Of a DNA stretch of 64,000 nucleotides, positions 31,247 through 42,808 are shown piece after piece. The position numbers and the translations under genes were made by a program. The notes beneath the pieces were generated by a model. The model saw only the letters and a list, made by a program, of their open reading frames with translations, was not told where the DNA came from and ran no database searches. Position 1 is the first letter of the stretch. Each line of letters starts with the position of its first letter. Source of the stretch: Candidatus Marinacidobacterales bacterium (lineage in GTDB: Bacteria > Acidobacteriota > Vicinamibacteria > Marinacidobacterales > SMYC01); assembly GCA_965237955.1 (NCBI GenBank), contig OZ250169.1, positions 3,136,001-3,200,000 on the forward strand, written 5' to 3'.

Positions 31247-32333
31247 TGCCTTGGTGCACAACTCCGATAGAGGCCGAGAGCTCGCTTGGCCCCGACTCCC
31301 ATCATCCGATCATCTCGCTATCAGGCATCCCGAGCGCCGTCATGGTGTTGAGAATCTTGCACCCGATCCTTGCCTCGACTCTCTGTGCCGCCAACCCTCT
31401 CGCTCGCATCGCTGAGCCCACGATAGCCTTGTAGCGATGGAACGTTGTCTCGACTTTGCTCCGTTTGCTGTAGCCCGATTCTGTGTGCCACTTTCGTTTG
31501 CCGAGCCGAGCTTGTGCTGCAATGTTGCGATTACGCTGTCGGCTGCTCGCCGGCCCCGATGCGAGCTGGGCGCCCTTGCGCGGCGGTATCAGCACCCTCG
31601 GCGAGCGATGAGCGCTGTGATTCTCGATCGCCTCATAGACGCCGCTGGCGTCGTATGCGGTGTCAGCTCTGGCCGATGAGATGGGACTGTCGATCTGTCC
31701 GACAAGCGATGCAACCCGCGATGAATCGCGGGCTCTTTTGCTCGTCAGCTCGCAGGCGATGACTTCGCCACTCTGCTCGTCGACACACAGATGGAGCTTG
31801 CGATAGTCCCTGCTCTTTGATGCTCTGCGCAGCTGGCCGGCGTGGACAGCGAGACCGCTGCTGTCGATCAAGATGTGCAACGGCGTCTTCTGCTTGTCTT
31901 GGTAGAAGGGGACCTTACCCAGCTTCGCCTTGCGCCTCGAGATCGTGGTGTGATTGGGCACATCATTGTCTAGCTTCATCAGAGCGAACAATGATCGCAG
32001 CAATCCCTCGCTCTGCCTAGACGACAGATGAAACACCATGCCCAGGGTGACAGCCGTCTCGATGGCGTGGTTCGAGTACTTGCGTTGACGGCCCGGTTTC
32101 CTCTTCCTCGGCCGGGGCGCGTCCCAGTTCACAAGCTTGCCGGCGGTGAGCGAGATCCAGACGGTCAGGCTCCCGCGGTTGCGTAGACCCGCCTCATATT
32201 CACGCCAATTCCTCACGCGATAGGCCTTCTTCACATACTTCCGCTGAGTGCGTTTGAAAATGCTCATGGGGAACCTCGTATCCGCGAGTACAGGACAATT
32301 GTGGACCGAGATCGCGAGTTGTGCACCAAGGCA
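31247..32333 (-). mobile_element. IS5-family element, copy 2 (transposase 31302-32267)
   Basis: Same TIRs and near-identical sequence to 18793-19879. Confidence 0.95.
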
Positions 32334-32376
32334 TTCTGGACGAACAGAGAAGTGTCACGAGCAGCACGTGACGGGT

Positions 32377-33501
32377 TCAATTCGAGCACACGAGCGGCGC
32401 CTCATACTCGAGCGCGAGCAGCCGGAAGTAGTTCTCGCCCAGGGCGATGTTCCGGAAGGCGGCGTCGCTCAGATGCCGATTGATGCGGCTCGTGACCTCC
32501 AGCTCCGTGCGGTAGACGTCGAGACCCTTGTCCCGCGACGCCAGGAAGTCTGTTCCAGGCAGAATCCGGTCGGAGTAGGCGTTCACGAACGGCACATACA
32601 CCGCCCGGTCTTCCGGGGTCGCAAAGTGGGCGTCGTCAATCATTCGCCAGGAGAGGTCCAGCATCAGGTTCGGATGACGCTCCAGCATCGACATCATCAG
32701 CTCAACGTGCCAGGCGGCGTCCATGGCGGTGAGCTCGCGCGACAGTCCCATGTGGACCCAGACGATCGCGTTGTCGGGATACAGGCGCAGCACCTCCTCC
32801 ATCAGCGGCAGGTATCGGGTCGGGGCTTCGTCGTTTCCTAGGTCCGCATGGATGGCGAGCGGCATACCGCGTGCCCTCAACATCTCCATGAAGGGGGCCC
32901 AGTCGCTGATGGTGGCCGGCGGGACCGGCTCGTGCCCGTTGTCGAACAAGGCCTGCTTCACGAGGTTGACCTCGCCCATCCACGTGAAGGCGCCGGGGTA
33001 TTCTTGCTCCAGGAGTTGCATCCCGGAGAGGATCGACGCAGGCTGCGACAGGTCTGGGAACGTCATCGAGAGCGTCAGGTGGGTGTCGGCCGGGGCCTTC
33101 GTCACGTAGTTGGCGGCGTTGACGAAGTCGTTCTTCAGCGTCGGCGTCACCAGCGTGCCGGGGCAGTCCAGGTAGTAGGTGCAGGAGGAGGTTGCCGGGA
33201 GCATCTGGCCGATGCCATAGACGTTGGCGAACAGGACGCCGGTCTCCTCGAAGTACTGCACGACCTCCTCGAACGGGATGGCGGGGCCGCCGAACGGGCG
33301 GAAGTGCACGTGGGTGTCGACCACTGAGGTCTGGGGCTGCACGGAGCGGTCGTAGCAGGGCGCATCGCCGCTTCGAAACATCTCCAGCGTCAGCCCGGGG
33401 GATGCGTCGATGGTCGTCGCGCCCTGCCAAGTGCAGCCGACGGCTCCTGACAGGCTCAGTGTCATGAGCAGCGGAAGGGTGTTGGTATCAACGACGCGCA
33501 T
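32377..33501 (-). CDS. amidohydrolase-family (TIM barrel) putative lipoprotein
   Basis: AVGC lipobox-like motif, VDTHVH, GE, IHAD, VHMG, GTD. Confidence 0.85.
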   Translation of the reverse strand: MRVVDTNTLPLLMTLSLSGAVGCTWQGATTIDASPGLTLEMFRSGDAPCYDRSVQPQTSVVDTHVHFRPFGGPAIPFEEVVQYFEETGVLFANVYGIGQMLPATSSCTYYLDCPGTLVTPTLKNDFVNAANYVTKAPADTHLTLSMTFPDLSQPASILSGMQLLEQEYPGAFTWMGEVNLVKQALFDNGHEPVPPATISDWAPFMEMLRARGMPLAIHADLGNDEAPTRYLPLMEEVLRLYPDNAIVWVHMGLSRELTAMDAAWHVELMMSMLERHPNLMLDLSWRMIDDAHFATPEDRAVYVPFVNAYSDRILPGTDFLASRDKGLDVYRTELEVTSRINRHLSDAAFRNIALGENYFRLLALEYEAPLVCSN

Positions 33502-33789
33502 CGCACCAGTGTCCGCGATTTACCGTCCGGCACCGTGTTGGACAGCTGTCAGAATAGTGTGTGCGGGGGTCAACCGCAAGCCGCAGCGGCGCGTTGCCAG
33601 GTGCAAACCGCCGGTGCATGCCGTGGTCCGGGACAAGGAGTAGCGCTGGGAAAGGGAGACAGGGCTGAGATTCAGATCACCGTGGACCGAACGTTCGTGC
33701 CGGCGAATCTGAACGTGGACTCGCGCGACGCCCGCGAACTTGGCATTAAGGTCTACCATGCTGCCGTTGAACGCGACCCCGTCCTGTGC

Positions 33790-35234
33790 GGAGATGCCCC
33801 TGAGATAGTTGAAGGTTAGGAGTGGCGGCTCCTAAGGCCGGGTTCGATAGAATCCGGCTGTGAAGGAAAAAGAAAGGAGCCACCACGATGTCAAATCACC
33901 AAATCATCGATGCGAAGAACAGGAAGAAGCTTCGAGAGATACTGAGCTCGAAGGGGCAAGCTCTGTTGCCGTTCTTGGATGCGATTGAGCGAACCGAGAT
34001 AGCGATCGACGAAGTGATCGACGTTGCTGGCCGAGCGACGATCGAAGCGGTCTTGGATCTGTCAGCCCAAAGTGTGGCTGGGGAGAAACACCTGGGGAAG
34101 AAGGGTAGCGATGTTCGCTGGCACGGCCGGCAGGGTGGCGTAGTAAGCCTTGCGGAGCGGAAGTTGAGAGTGAGCCGGCCACGTCTGCGGCGTAAGGGAA
34201 AGGCAGAGGGAGGGGAGGTTGCGATTCCTGCCTACGAAGCGGTGAACAACTCGTCTCGGCTGAGCCAACGCATCTGGGAAATCCTGATGCTGGGTGTGTC
34301 GACGCGCAAGTACGCGTCGGTTCTTCCCGAGATGGCGGAGACGGTAGGGGTTAGCAAGAGCGAGGTGAGCCGTGAGTTCGTGGAAGCAAGCGCGGAGCAG
34401 TTGCAGGGGCTGATGGAGCATCCGCTGGACGAGCTGGAGATCGCGGTCGTGTACCTGGACGGGATTCGCTTCGGCGTGCACCACGCGCTGGCGGCAATCG
34501 GCGTAGATACAGAGGGATACAAGCATGTTCTGGGGCTTCGGGATGGAGCATCGGAGAACCAGATAGTGTGCAAGGCGCTGCTGGAGGACCTGGTCGAACG
34601 AGGCCTGAGCCCAGAGCGGTGTCGGCTGTTCGTGATCGATGGCTCCAAGGCGCTACGGGTCGCCGTCGACGCTGTGTTCGGTACCCACAACAAGGTCCAG
34701 CGTTGCAGGAAGCACAAGGAGCGCAATGTGCTCGGTTATCTGCCGCAGGAGCTGAAGCCGCAAGTGCAAGCGAGCCTGCGTTCGGCCTGGCAGCTCCCAG
34801 CAAAGAAGGGCAAAGCGCGGTTGGAGCAACAGGCGAAGTGGCTCGAGGACGACTACCCCTCGGCGGCGGAGAGCATCCGGGAGGGGCTCGACGAGATGTT
34901 CACCATCAACGAGCTCGACCTCCCCGCATCTCTGAAACGCTGCCTTGGATCGACGAACATCATCGAGTCGTGCTTCAGCGGTGCGCGAGGTCGTACCCGT
35001 CGCGTCACCCGCTGGCGCAATGGCAAGATGGTTCTGAGATGGGCCGCTTCGGCTCTGCTCGCCACGGAGAAAAATTTCCGTCGTATCATTGGATACCAAT
35101 CGCTACCGATCCTCGAAGCGAAGTTAGCGGAGGTCACTGAGAATCAAGCGCTCGACAAGCACGCCAAAGTCGGGTAAACCATGTGTCAGGAGCCGCCACC
35201 ACCTCGAACCTTCAACTATGGTGGGGGCACCTCC
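33790..35234 (+). mobile_element. IS256-family element (transposase 33888-35177)
   Basis: TIRs GGAGATGCCCC..ATAGTTGAAGGTT / AACCTTCAACTAT..GGGGCACCTCC. 8-bp TSD TCCTGTGC at 33782-33789 and 35235-35242. Motifs YLDG, IDG, QRC..HK, STNIIES. Confidence 0.97.
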
Positions 35235-35421
35235 TCCTGTGCCAAAACTCGGCCCTTTTTGAAATAGACCATCAGTGTCATGAATTGACGGACACGAGCT
35301 ACCTTCAAAAGGCGTGGAAATGAAAGTAAAGGAATTGGAATCCTTCGTTCAAAGGGAAACCGTAGTACCCTAAGAAGCGTCTTTCAATGCAGAAGGGGGC
35401 AGTGCCATTTGGAGGAGGACT

Positions 35422-35673
35422 ATGGCCAAAGCGCGAGTGTTGACGAGGTCGGAACTAGCCGAGCATTTGGGCGTCGATAAACAGATGGTAACAAAATGGG
35501 AGCGGTCTGGGATGCCGGTCCACACTAGAGGGCGCGGCGTGGCGTCTCAATTCCGTCTGCGGGAAGTCCGGGCGTGGCTAAAGGTGCGGGAAGCCAAGGC
35601 CAAAGGCGGCGGAGAAGGCAAAGGTGCGAGAAGCCAAAGCGGCAGAGAAGGCGAAGAAGACAGCGAAGCAATA
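35422..35673 (+). pseudogene. small wHTH protein (Nu1/excisionase-like), copy with frameshifted tail
   Basis: Near-identical to 52785-53036, with one extra G at ~35605. Confidence 0.7.
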
Positions 35674-35727
35674 AGACGCGGCGGCGATGAGACAAGTCTG
35701 ACTGCGCGAGTCCTTGGAACTCGGTAG

Positions 35728-36483
35728 TCTCTCGGTACCGGTTGCCAACGACGCTGCTCGGGGAGCGCGATGACGTCGTACTCATGGCATTCGGTGACGA
35801 GTGCCTCTTCGAAACTGCGAAAGCTGTCGACGGCTTGCTTGCCCAGATGGGACAGCAGGGTATTGTCAAAGTTAAGCAAAATCGGGCTGACCGATCCCCA
35901 ACATGCCGGGTTCACGACACTTCCCCTGATCGTCACGGATGGGCTCGATTTCTACGAAAAGGTCGTCCGTCGCGTCTTCGGGCCGGCTTGTCTCTATGGC
36001 CAAGTCCTCAAGACGCGTAGGAACGATCGTGTCGTCAAGGTCGAACGACGGGCCATTCATGGAGCTGCGTGGCGATTCGAAGAAGCGCTCAATAACTCCG
36101 AGGACTCTTTCGACATTGAATACCTCCTTCATCGAGCGACTGAATCTGACCATCCGGCAAAGCTCGGCATACCTTTCGAGACGAACGCTTTCCCACGCTC
36201 GCTCGACGGAGAGGCTCGATGAGCACCTGGAGTTGCTCCGTTGCTATTACAATTTCGTCCGACCGCACGGAACTCTGAAGTTCGGACGTGAGATCCGAAC
36301 TCCGGCTATGCAGGCCGGTCTGACCACGCGACGGCTCACCTTTCGAGACATCTTCTTGGCGACAACGATTCCTTTGTGGTCGCGGATCGAGGTTTTCTTG
36401 CTCACTGGGAGGCGCAACCTGGTCTCTTCCGCACCTGTACCACTGCCCGCAGCCGCGTAGCAACATTTGATGGAGGAAGCACC
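35728..36483 (+). pseudogene. IS1-like transposase 3' part (frameshifted) plus right TIR
   Basis: IVTDGLDFY, YGQVLK, NTSFIERLNLTIRQ, YYNFVRPH, TPAMQAGL. TIR CAACATTTGATGGAGGAAGCACC at 36461-36483. Confidence 0.88.
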
Positions 36484-37533
36484 GCTCAGCCCGCATTCAT
36501 GCGGACCGCGGACCGCGGACCGCAGCATGCAGTATATGGTGCCAAGGATCGTCACGAGTACCCTGGGCTCCAAAGTTTAGGAGGATATACCTTGTTGAAG
36601 AACGGCATGTTGACATTCCTTGTTTTCACTCTTTGGTCGGTGCCGACCGCGGCGGTGCCCGCTGCCGAGGAGCCGGACGTGGAGACCGCCGCTCTCGAAG
36701 CTGAGATCCGCCAGGAGTTGTCTTTGCTACACTCGCGTCTGTTAAAAGCTCGAGGCGCTTTTGGACTCGTTGCAGGCAGGCAGTGGAGCCTCCGAAGTCG
36801 CACCCGGCGGGGACTCAGGTAAAACCGCCGTGGACGAGGCCGTTCCTCCCGCCCCGAAGCCCGCCATCTCTGGTCGTAGCGATCAGAAGCTGTCCAGGGG
36901 CGTGGCAAGCAGCGGAGGCCAGGCGATCTCGTTCACCGGCTTGCTTGACACCTATTTCACGTACAATACCAACAGTCCACCAGACGGCCACAACACGCTG
37001 TACTACACGAATCCGAATGCGCGGGGCTTCGGCTTAAATCAAGCCAAGATCGAGATCGACGCCAGCGGCGACGGGCCCATCGGATTCCGTTCCGACATCT
37101 GGTTCGGCTCCGGGGCGCGCCTGTTCCGAGACGGTCTTGAGCCGGGTCCACTCGAGGATGTGCTGTACCTGCAACAGGCGTATGGCTACTACCAGTTCTC
37201 GAACGGAGCGCAGCTCGATGTTGGCCTGTTTGGCACGATTGCTGGCCTGGAAGTGGCCGAGTCACACCTGAACTGGAACTACACCCGAGGCATCCTGTGG
37301 GCTTGGAACGAGCCCTTCTCGCACCTTGGCGCTCGGCTCAGCATGCCGATGACGGACACGTTCACGTCGACCGTCATGCTTGTCAACGGCTTCGACAACG
37401 CCTGGGATCAGAATACCGGCAAGTCGTACGGTCTGCAAGGTTCCTTCGCTCCAAACGATGGCTTCAACACGACCTTGACCTGGATTAATGGACCGGAGAA
37501 TTGGGGCACGAACGAAGGCTGGCTCAAGAACCT

Positions 37534-39183
37534 CCTAAGAAACTACCGCCTGAACGACGTCGCCCGTTTGAGTGTCGATGAGAGCGAAACCGAGGTCAGC
37601 GGCGCGTTGGGTCAGGCGGCGCACGGCACGGGAGCGATCTTGAGCGTTGTAGGCGGCGGCCCCGGGGTCTTGATAGACGAGCCCATCCTTGAGAGTGCGG
37701 TAGACGAGAATGGCGAGCTTTCGAGCGGTGGCGGTGATGGCTTTGGATTTACCGACGCGATAGGCGAGACGTCGATAGTAGGCGCCGAGAGCGGTCTGTG
37801 TACGCCCGAGGCTGAGTGCGGCCATGCGGAGAATGCCAGCGGCGCGGTTTGCAGAGGGTTGTGTTTTCGAGCTGAGGAGTCGCCCGCCGGAGATTTTGTT
37901 ATTGGGCGCGAGGGTAAGCCAGGAAGTGAAGTGCTTTTCAGTAGGCCATCGGTTCATATCGGTACCGATCTCGGCGAGCAAGCGAAGCGCGGAATAGGGT
38001 CCGATGGCGTCGATCTGGGAGAGGTCGACCCCGGCGATCTGGTGGAGGAGAGGCCGGAGCTCGAACCGAGGTTCGTTCACTCGGGGCTTGCGCGATTTTC
38101 GAGGCGGTGGCAAGGAGGTGTTCGGGGTTGAGCGTTGAGCTAGAAGCTGCAGGTGCGATTCGATGGCCACGTCACAGGTTTGGATCTGGAGCTGAAAAGC
38201 ATCAAAGAGTTCGAGGTTCTGCTTGAGAGCGAAGAGGTGCTCGGGGCGATAGTTGCCGGTGAGTGCAGCGGCGATCTCGGCCTCGGAGGACTGACAACGG
38301 TGGTCACGGTGCTTAGCGAGCCGATGGGGGTCGGTTTGTCCGGCAACGATGTCTCGTAGAATCCGCATGCCAGTGACACCCGTGATATCAGTGACCACAA
38401 GGTGGAGTTGAAGATTCATTTGCACGAGAGCCTTCTGCATGCGCTGGATATGGGTTACCGCACTCTGAACGAGAGTCTCTCGGTGGCGGAGGTAGCCACG
38501 CAGGGCGGTGATGGCTGCTTCGGGTCGAAAGCTTCCGCGGAGCAACCCCACGCTGTGCAACTCCCGGAGCCATTCGCAATCGCTGACATCGCTCTTGCGC
38601 CCCGGGACGTTTTTGACGAGGCGCGCGTTGACCAAGAGGACCTGGAAGCCACGGGCTTCGAGGATTTCATACAGGGCGATCCAGTAGACGCCGGTCGACT
38701 CCATCGCGACGCTCGTCACGCCGCAAGTCGCGAGCCAGTCGGCGAGCCGATGAAGATCGGCCGTGAAACTCCTGAAGGAACGGACCGGTTTAGGATCGCG
38801 CTCCGGTGGAACTGCGACGAAATGCTCGGCCGAGCCGCAATCGATCCCAGCGACATTCACGTTGATTTGCTTCAGGAGGGATGGAGAAGTCCGCTTCTTG
38901 GGTTGACGACGATTGTGCTTCATCAGATGCTCCTTCATACTTCGTGAAGCATCCGGGAACAGGGATGGGCATTCGTTACATTCTCCTAAACGGGATCACG
39001 CTCACGCGTGTCACCACTGACAGTGCCGAAACATCCCCGGGCCATGCTTAGTTACGGGCTGGATCGCACCAGTGTTGAGTCGGCCTCGGTTCCCGGATGC
39101 TCCCGCTATTGTATGAAACGGACGCTCCGTGCAGCACTGGAGTTTCTACCCAGATAGATCGCGAGCCCTGCGCGTACGATGCT
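37534..39183 (-). mobile_element. IS110-family element, full length (transposase 37535-38938)
   Basis: GIDCG, MESTGVYW, RKSDVSD (DEDD), SGG. CT core at both junctions, no TIR or TSD. Confidence 0.95.
38948..39101 (-). ncRNA. putative IS110 bridge RNA
   Basis: A 13-bp inverted repeat (38948-38960 / 39089-39101) encloses segments matching the target halves (AGTGTTG 39071-39077, CTTAGTT 39047-39053) and one donor half (CTCCTAA 38983-38989). Confidence 0.65.
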
Positions 39184-39981
39184 TAGTTGGAACGCCTACA
39201 AGATGCTGCACGAGCGGTTGGAGTTCATGGCCAACCTCGATTACATCCAGGCCAACGATCCAGAGTTCGGCAGCGCGATATCCTGGGGCATGGGCGGGTA
39301 CGCCCGCGGGCATGTCTCGGACCAGGTGCGCATCGCCTACCGCTTCGAATTCATGGACGACACCGATGCGCGGTCGACCGGATTCAAGCAGAACCTCCGG
39401 GAGAACACGTTCACGCTCGAGGTCCAGCCTGTGAAGGACGACCCACGCTTTCTGACGCGTATCGAATACCGCCGTGACTGGTCCGACCTCCCGTTCTTCA
39501 CCTGCGGCAGCTGCGCGAGTGGCATGGCGACGAAACAGGACACGTTCACGGTTGGTATGATGTGGGTCTTCGGACCCAGGCAATAGGGGTCGCCCGACGG
39601 CACGGGGCTGGGAGGGTGCCTTTTGAGAGCGTTGAGGTTGCGAACGTCCCGGAATAAGTTGCCTCGTGCGGGACGAAGATGAGGGCGCGAAAGGTGTGTG
39701 ATTTGTGCACATCGTTCAACGAGGTCCGTGGTCGGTGACCACGAAGCCCCCGGGCGGCTTGCGATGGAAGTCCGAGAGGTTGGTGAAGGATCGTTCTTTT
39801 TTCGCAGAAGCTTTCGCGGATGAAACGGGTAGCCCTTTTCTCGTTGGCTCGGCCTGAGAGGAGGCTTGGGACTGGAAGGTGGAAAAACATACCTGCTCCG
39901 CCAGCCACTCGCCGAGCGCCGACTTTGAGGTTGTCGTAGAACCAGCTACCTTTGGACATCCGGTGCTTCTGCCATCAAGTG

Positions 39982-41404
39982 ATGGAATGGACTCCTCCGC
40001 TGACATAGACGGCATCGATGTGCCAAAGTCAGTCGAATACGCATCGAAAAGGAGGAGTCCGAATGAAAGATACGACGATCGCTGTGGATCTTGCAAAGAA
40101 CGTCTTCGAGATTGCCATCTCGGGAGAAGCGGGGAAGGTGTCCAAGCGACTCCGTGTGAGTCGACCCAAATTGGTGTCGTTCTTTGCCAAACAGAGCGCT
40201 GCCACCGTGCTTCTCGAAGCCTGCGGCTCGGCTCACTTCTGGGCAAGGACGTTCCGAAGGTTGGGACAACGACGTCGTCCTGCTCCCACCTCACCTCGTG
40301 AGGCCGTATCGACGCGGGAGCAAGAACGACCGCGCCGACACGAAGGCGTTGCTCGAGGCCTACAGGAACGAGGAGCTTCTTCCCGTACCCATCAAGTCCG
40401 TGCACCAGCACACCCTCGCCGCGCTCCATCGCCTGCGCTCAGGATGGCTCTCCACACGGACCGCACGCATCAATGCCGTACGCGGGATCCTGCGCGAACT
40501 CGGATTCATCATCCCAAAGGGCGCTCACTTCGTCGTGCCCGCCCTCTTCGAACTCGTCGAAGACGCTGATTCTGATTTGCCCGACGTGCTCCGTTCGCAT
40601 CTCCGTGATGCCTGCTCCGAGATTCGAGAACTCAAGGACAAGTGCGCTGGCATCGAGCACGAGCTCAAGGCGCTCACCAAGCAGCTTCCTGAAGTCCAAC
40701 GACTTCTCGCCATTCCCGGCATCGGACTTCTGACCGCGACCGCCATCGTGGGCTTCGTCGGCGATCTTCGCCGCTTCCCATCGGGGCGCCGCTTCTCGAG
40801 CTACCTCGGCCTGGTTCCCAAGGAAAACTCCAGTGGCGACATTCGCCGCCTCGGACGCATCACCAAGCGTGGCGACTCCTACCTGCGTATGCTCCTCACC
40901 CAGGGCGGGCGCGCCGTGCTCCGCGCGGCGAACGTCAGTAAGAGCCCGCCCGACAAGCTCCGCGCCTGGGCTCGGAAGGTCCACCGCTCGCGGGGACACA
41001 ACAAGGCCGTGATTGCTGTCGCCAACAAACTCGCCCGGATCGTCTGGGCCGTCTCCACCCGCGAGGGTGAATTCCAGTCGGTGCCCGTGGCCGTTTAGAG
41101 GTTCCACTTTCGTGTTTTCTTTTTTCCCTTCCAAAAGAGGCTGCGACGATACCCATCCAACTGATGGCGTACCGGTCGGACCGGCGCGGGGTCAAGCCGA
41201 TAGCAACACTGGCCCTAAGAGGTCGTTCAAAGTGATTGGCTCCTCGCGCGCGGATTTTCCATCATGGCCCGGAGCACCCAAGACGCTCCTCACTGAGGCC
41301 GAAGATACGTTTGCAGTCTGACCCACTCGTCACGACGCGATGGATGCGCAGCTTCGATGGAAGATTTATTAAGAAAGGGGCTTGACTAGAGGAGTCCAGA
41401 TATG
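39982..41404 (+). mobile_element. IS1111-group (IS110 family) element; transposase 40063-41098 with 1-nt frameshift at ~40268
   Basis: IAVDLAK, LEACG, KNDRAD, IPGIG, GLVP..SSG. Subterminal IRs TGGACTCCTC (39988-39997) / GAGGAGTCCA (41389-41398). TG core and long 3' non-coding end. Confidence 0.93.
41160..41330 (+). ncRNA. putative IS1111 seek/bridge RNA
   Basis: Four guide-like segments match the reconstructed target and donor junctions (see findings). A second copy lies at ~56941-57075. Confidence 0.7.
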
Positions 41405-42808
41405 TTGCTACGCCGCATTTGAATGCTAGTGCCGGTTGGCCTGCGTGTGTCGGCGAACGCCATCGCGTCTAATAAGTGGTGTCGGCGTGCACACGAAGAT
41501 GTCCCTGAACGTCAGGCACCGCGTGGTCAGCCCAGCCGGCATCGCCGACAGAACTACGTCTCTCGAAATCAGGCTCAAACTCTAGCACGCGAGCGGGTTA
41601 CGCGGCAGTCACCAACACTTGATTGCGGAAGCACCGACTTTGCCCCGCAACGGACAGGCGCGATTGAGACATCTGCGATTTTTCACTTTGGATCGGCCCT
41701 GACCACGAGAGAACAGTGTCCTCGAAATTCTGGCTCAAACTCTAGCACGCAGGGGGGTTAGGGACTGGCCGCCAACACTCCTAAGAAACTACCGCCTGAA
41801 CGACGTCGCCCGTTTGAGTGTCGATGAGAGCGAAACCGAGGTCAGCGGCGCGTTGGGTCAGGCGGCGCACGGCACGGGAGCGATCTTGAGCGTTGTAGGC
41901 GGCGGCCCCGGGGTCTTGATAGACGAGCCCATCCTTGAGAGTGCGGTAGACGAGAATGGCGAGCTTTCGAGCGGTGGCGGTGATGGCTTTGGATTTACCG
42001 ACGCGATAGGCGAGACGTCGATAGTAGGCGCCGAGAGCGGTCTGTGTACGCCCGAGGCTGAGTGCGGCCATGCGGAGAATGCCAGCGGCCCGGTTTGCAG
42101 AGGGTTGTGTTTTCGAGCTGAGGAGCCACCCGCCGGAGATTTTGTTATTGGGCGCGAGGGTAAGCCAGGAAGTGAAGTGCTTTTCAGTAGGCCATCGGTT
42201 CATATCGGTGGGTTACCGCACTCTGAACGAGAGTCTCTCGGTGGCGGAGGTAGCCACGCAGGGCGGTGATGGCTGCTTCGGGTCGAAAGCTTCCGCGGAG
42301 CAACCCCACGCTGTGCAACTCCCGGAGCCATTCGCAATCGCTGACATCGCTCTTGCGCCCCGGGACGTTTTTGACGAGGCGCGCGTTGACCAAGAGGACC
42401 TGGAAGCCACGGGCTTCGAGGATTTCATACAGGGCGATCCAGTAGACGCCGGTCGACTCCATCGCGACGCTCGTCACGCCGCAAGTCGCGAGCCAGTCGG
42501 CGAGCCGATGAAGATCGGCCGTGAAACTCCTGAAGGAACGGACCGGTTTAGGATCGCGCTCCGGTGGAACTGCGACGAAATGCTCGGCCGAGCCGCAATC
42601 GATCCCAGCGACATTCACGTTGATTTGCTTCAGGAGGGATGGAGAAGTCCGCTTCTTGGGTTGACGACGATTGTGCTTCATCAGATGCTCCTTCATACTT
42701 CGTGAAGCATCCGGGAACAGGGATGGGCATTCGTTACATTCTCCTAAACGGGATCACGCTCACGCGTGTCACCACTGACAGTGCCGAAACATCCCCGGGC
42801 CATGCTTA

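Larger units (their letters stand above)
36592..39586 (+). pseudogene. outer-membrane beta-barrel porin (BBP2/OmpL-like), interrupted by IS110 and with a 1-nt frameshift at ~36747
   Basis: Signal peptide, DTYFTYN, FGLNQAK, LQQAY, NWNYTRG..EPFSHLG. After the IS it continues in frame as SWNAY...RIEYRRDWS...WVF. Confidence 0.85.
39962..41635 (-). mobile_element. IS1-like non-autonomous derivative whose TIR is interrupted by IS1111
   Basis: GGTGCTTCTGCCATCAAGTG|IS1111|TTGCTACG at one end, CAACACTTGATTGCGGAAGCACC at the other. Confidence 0.75.

Noticed and set aside
36761-38131. 456-aa ORF as a single protein
   Set aside because: It is the porin N-terminal half reading into the antisense strand of IS110.
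39590-39960. Possible additional IS end or structured RNA downstream of the porin
   Set aside because: Only a vague TIR-like stretch, with no partner end or second copy found.
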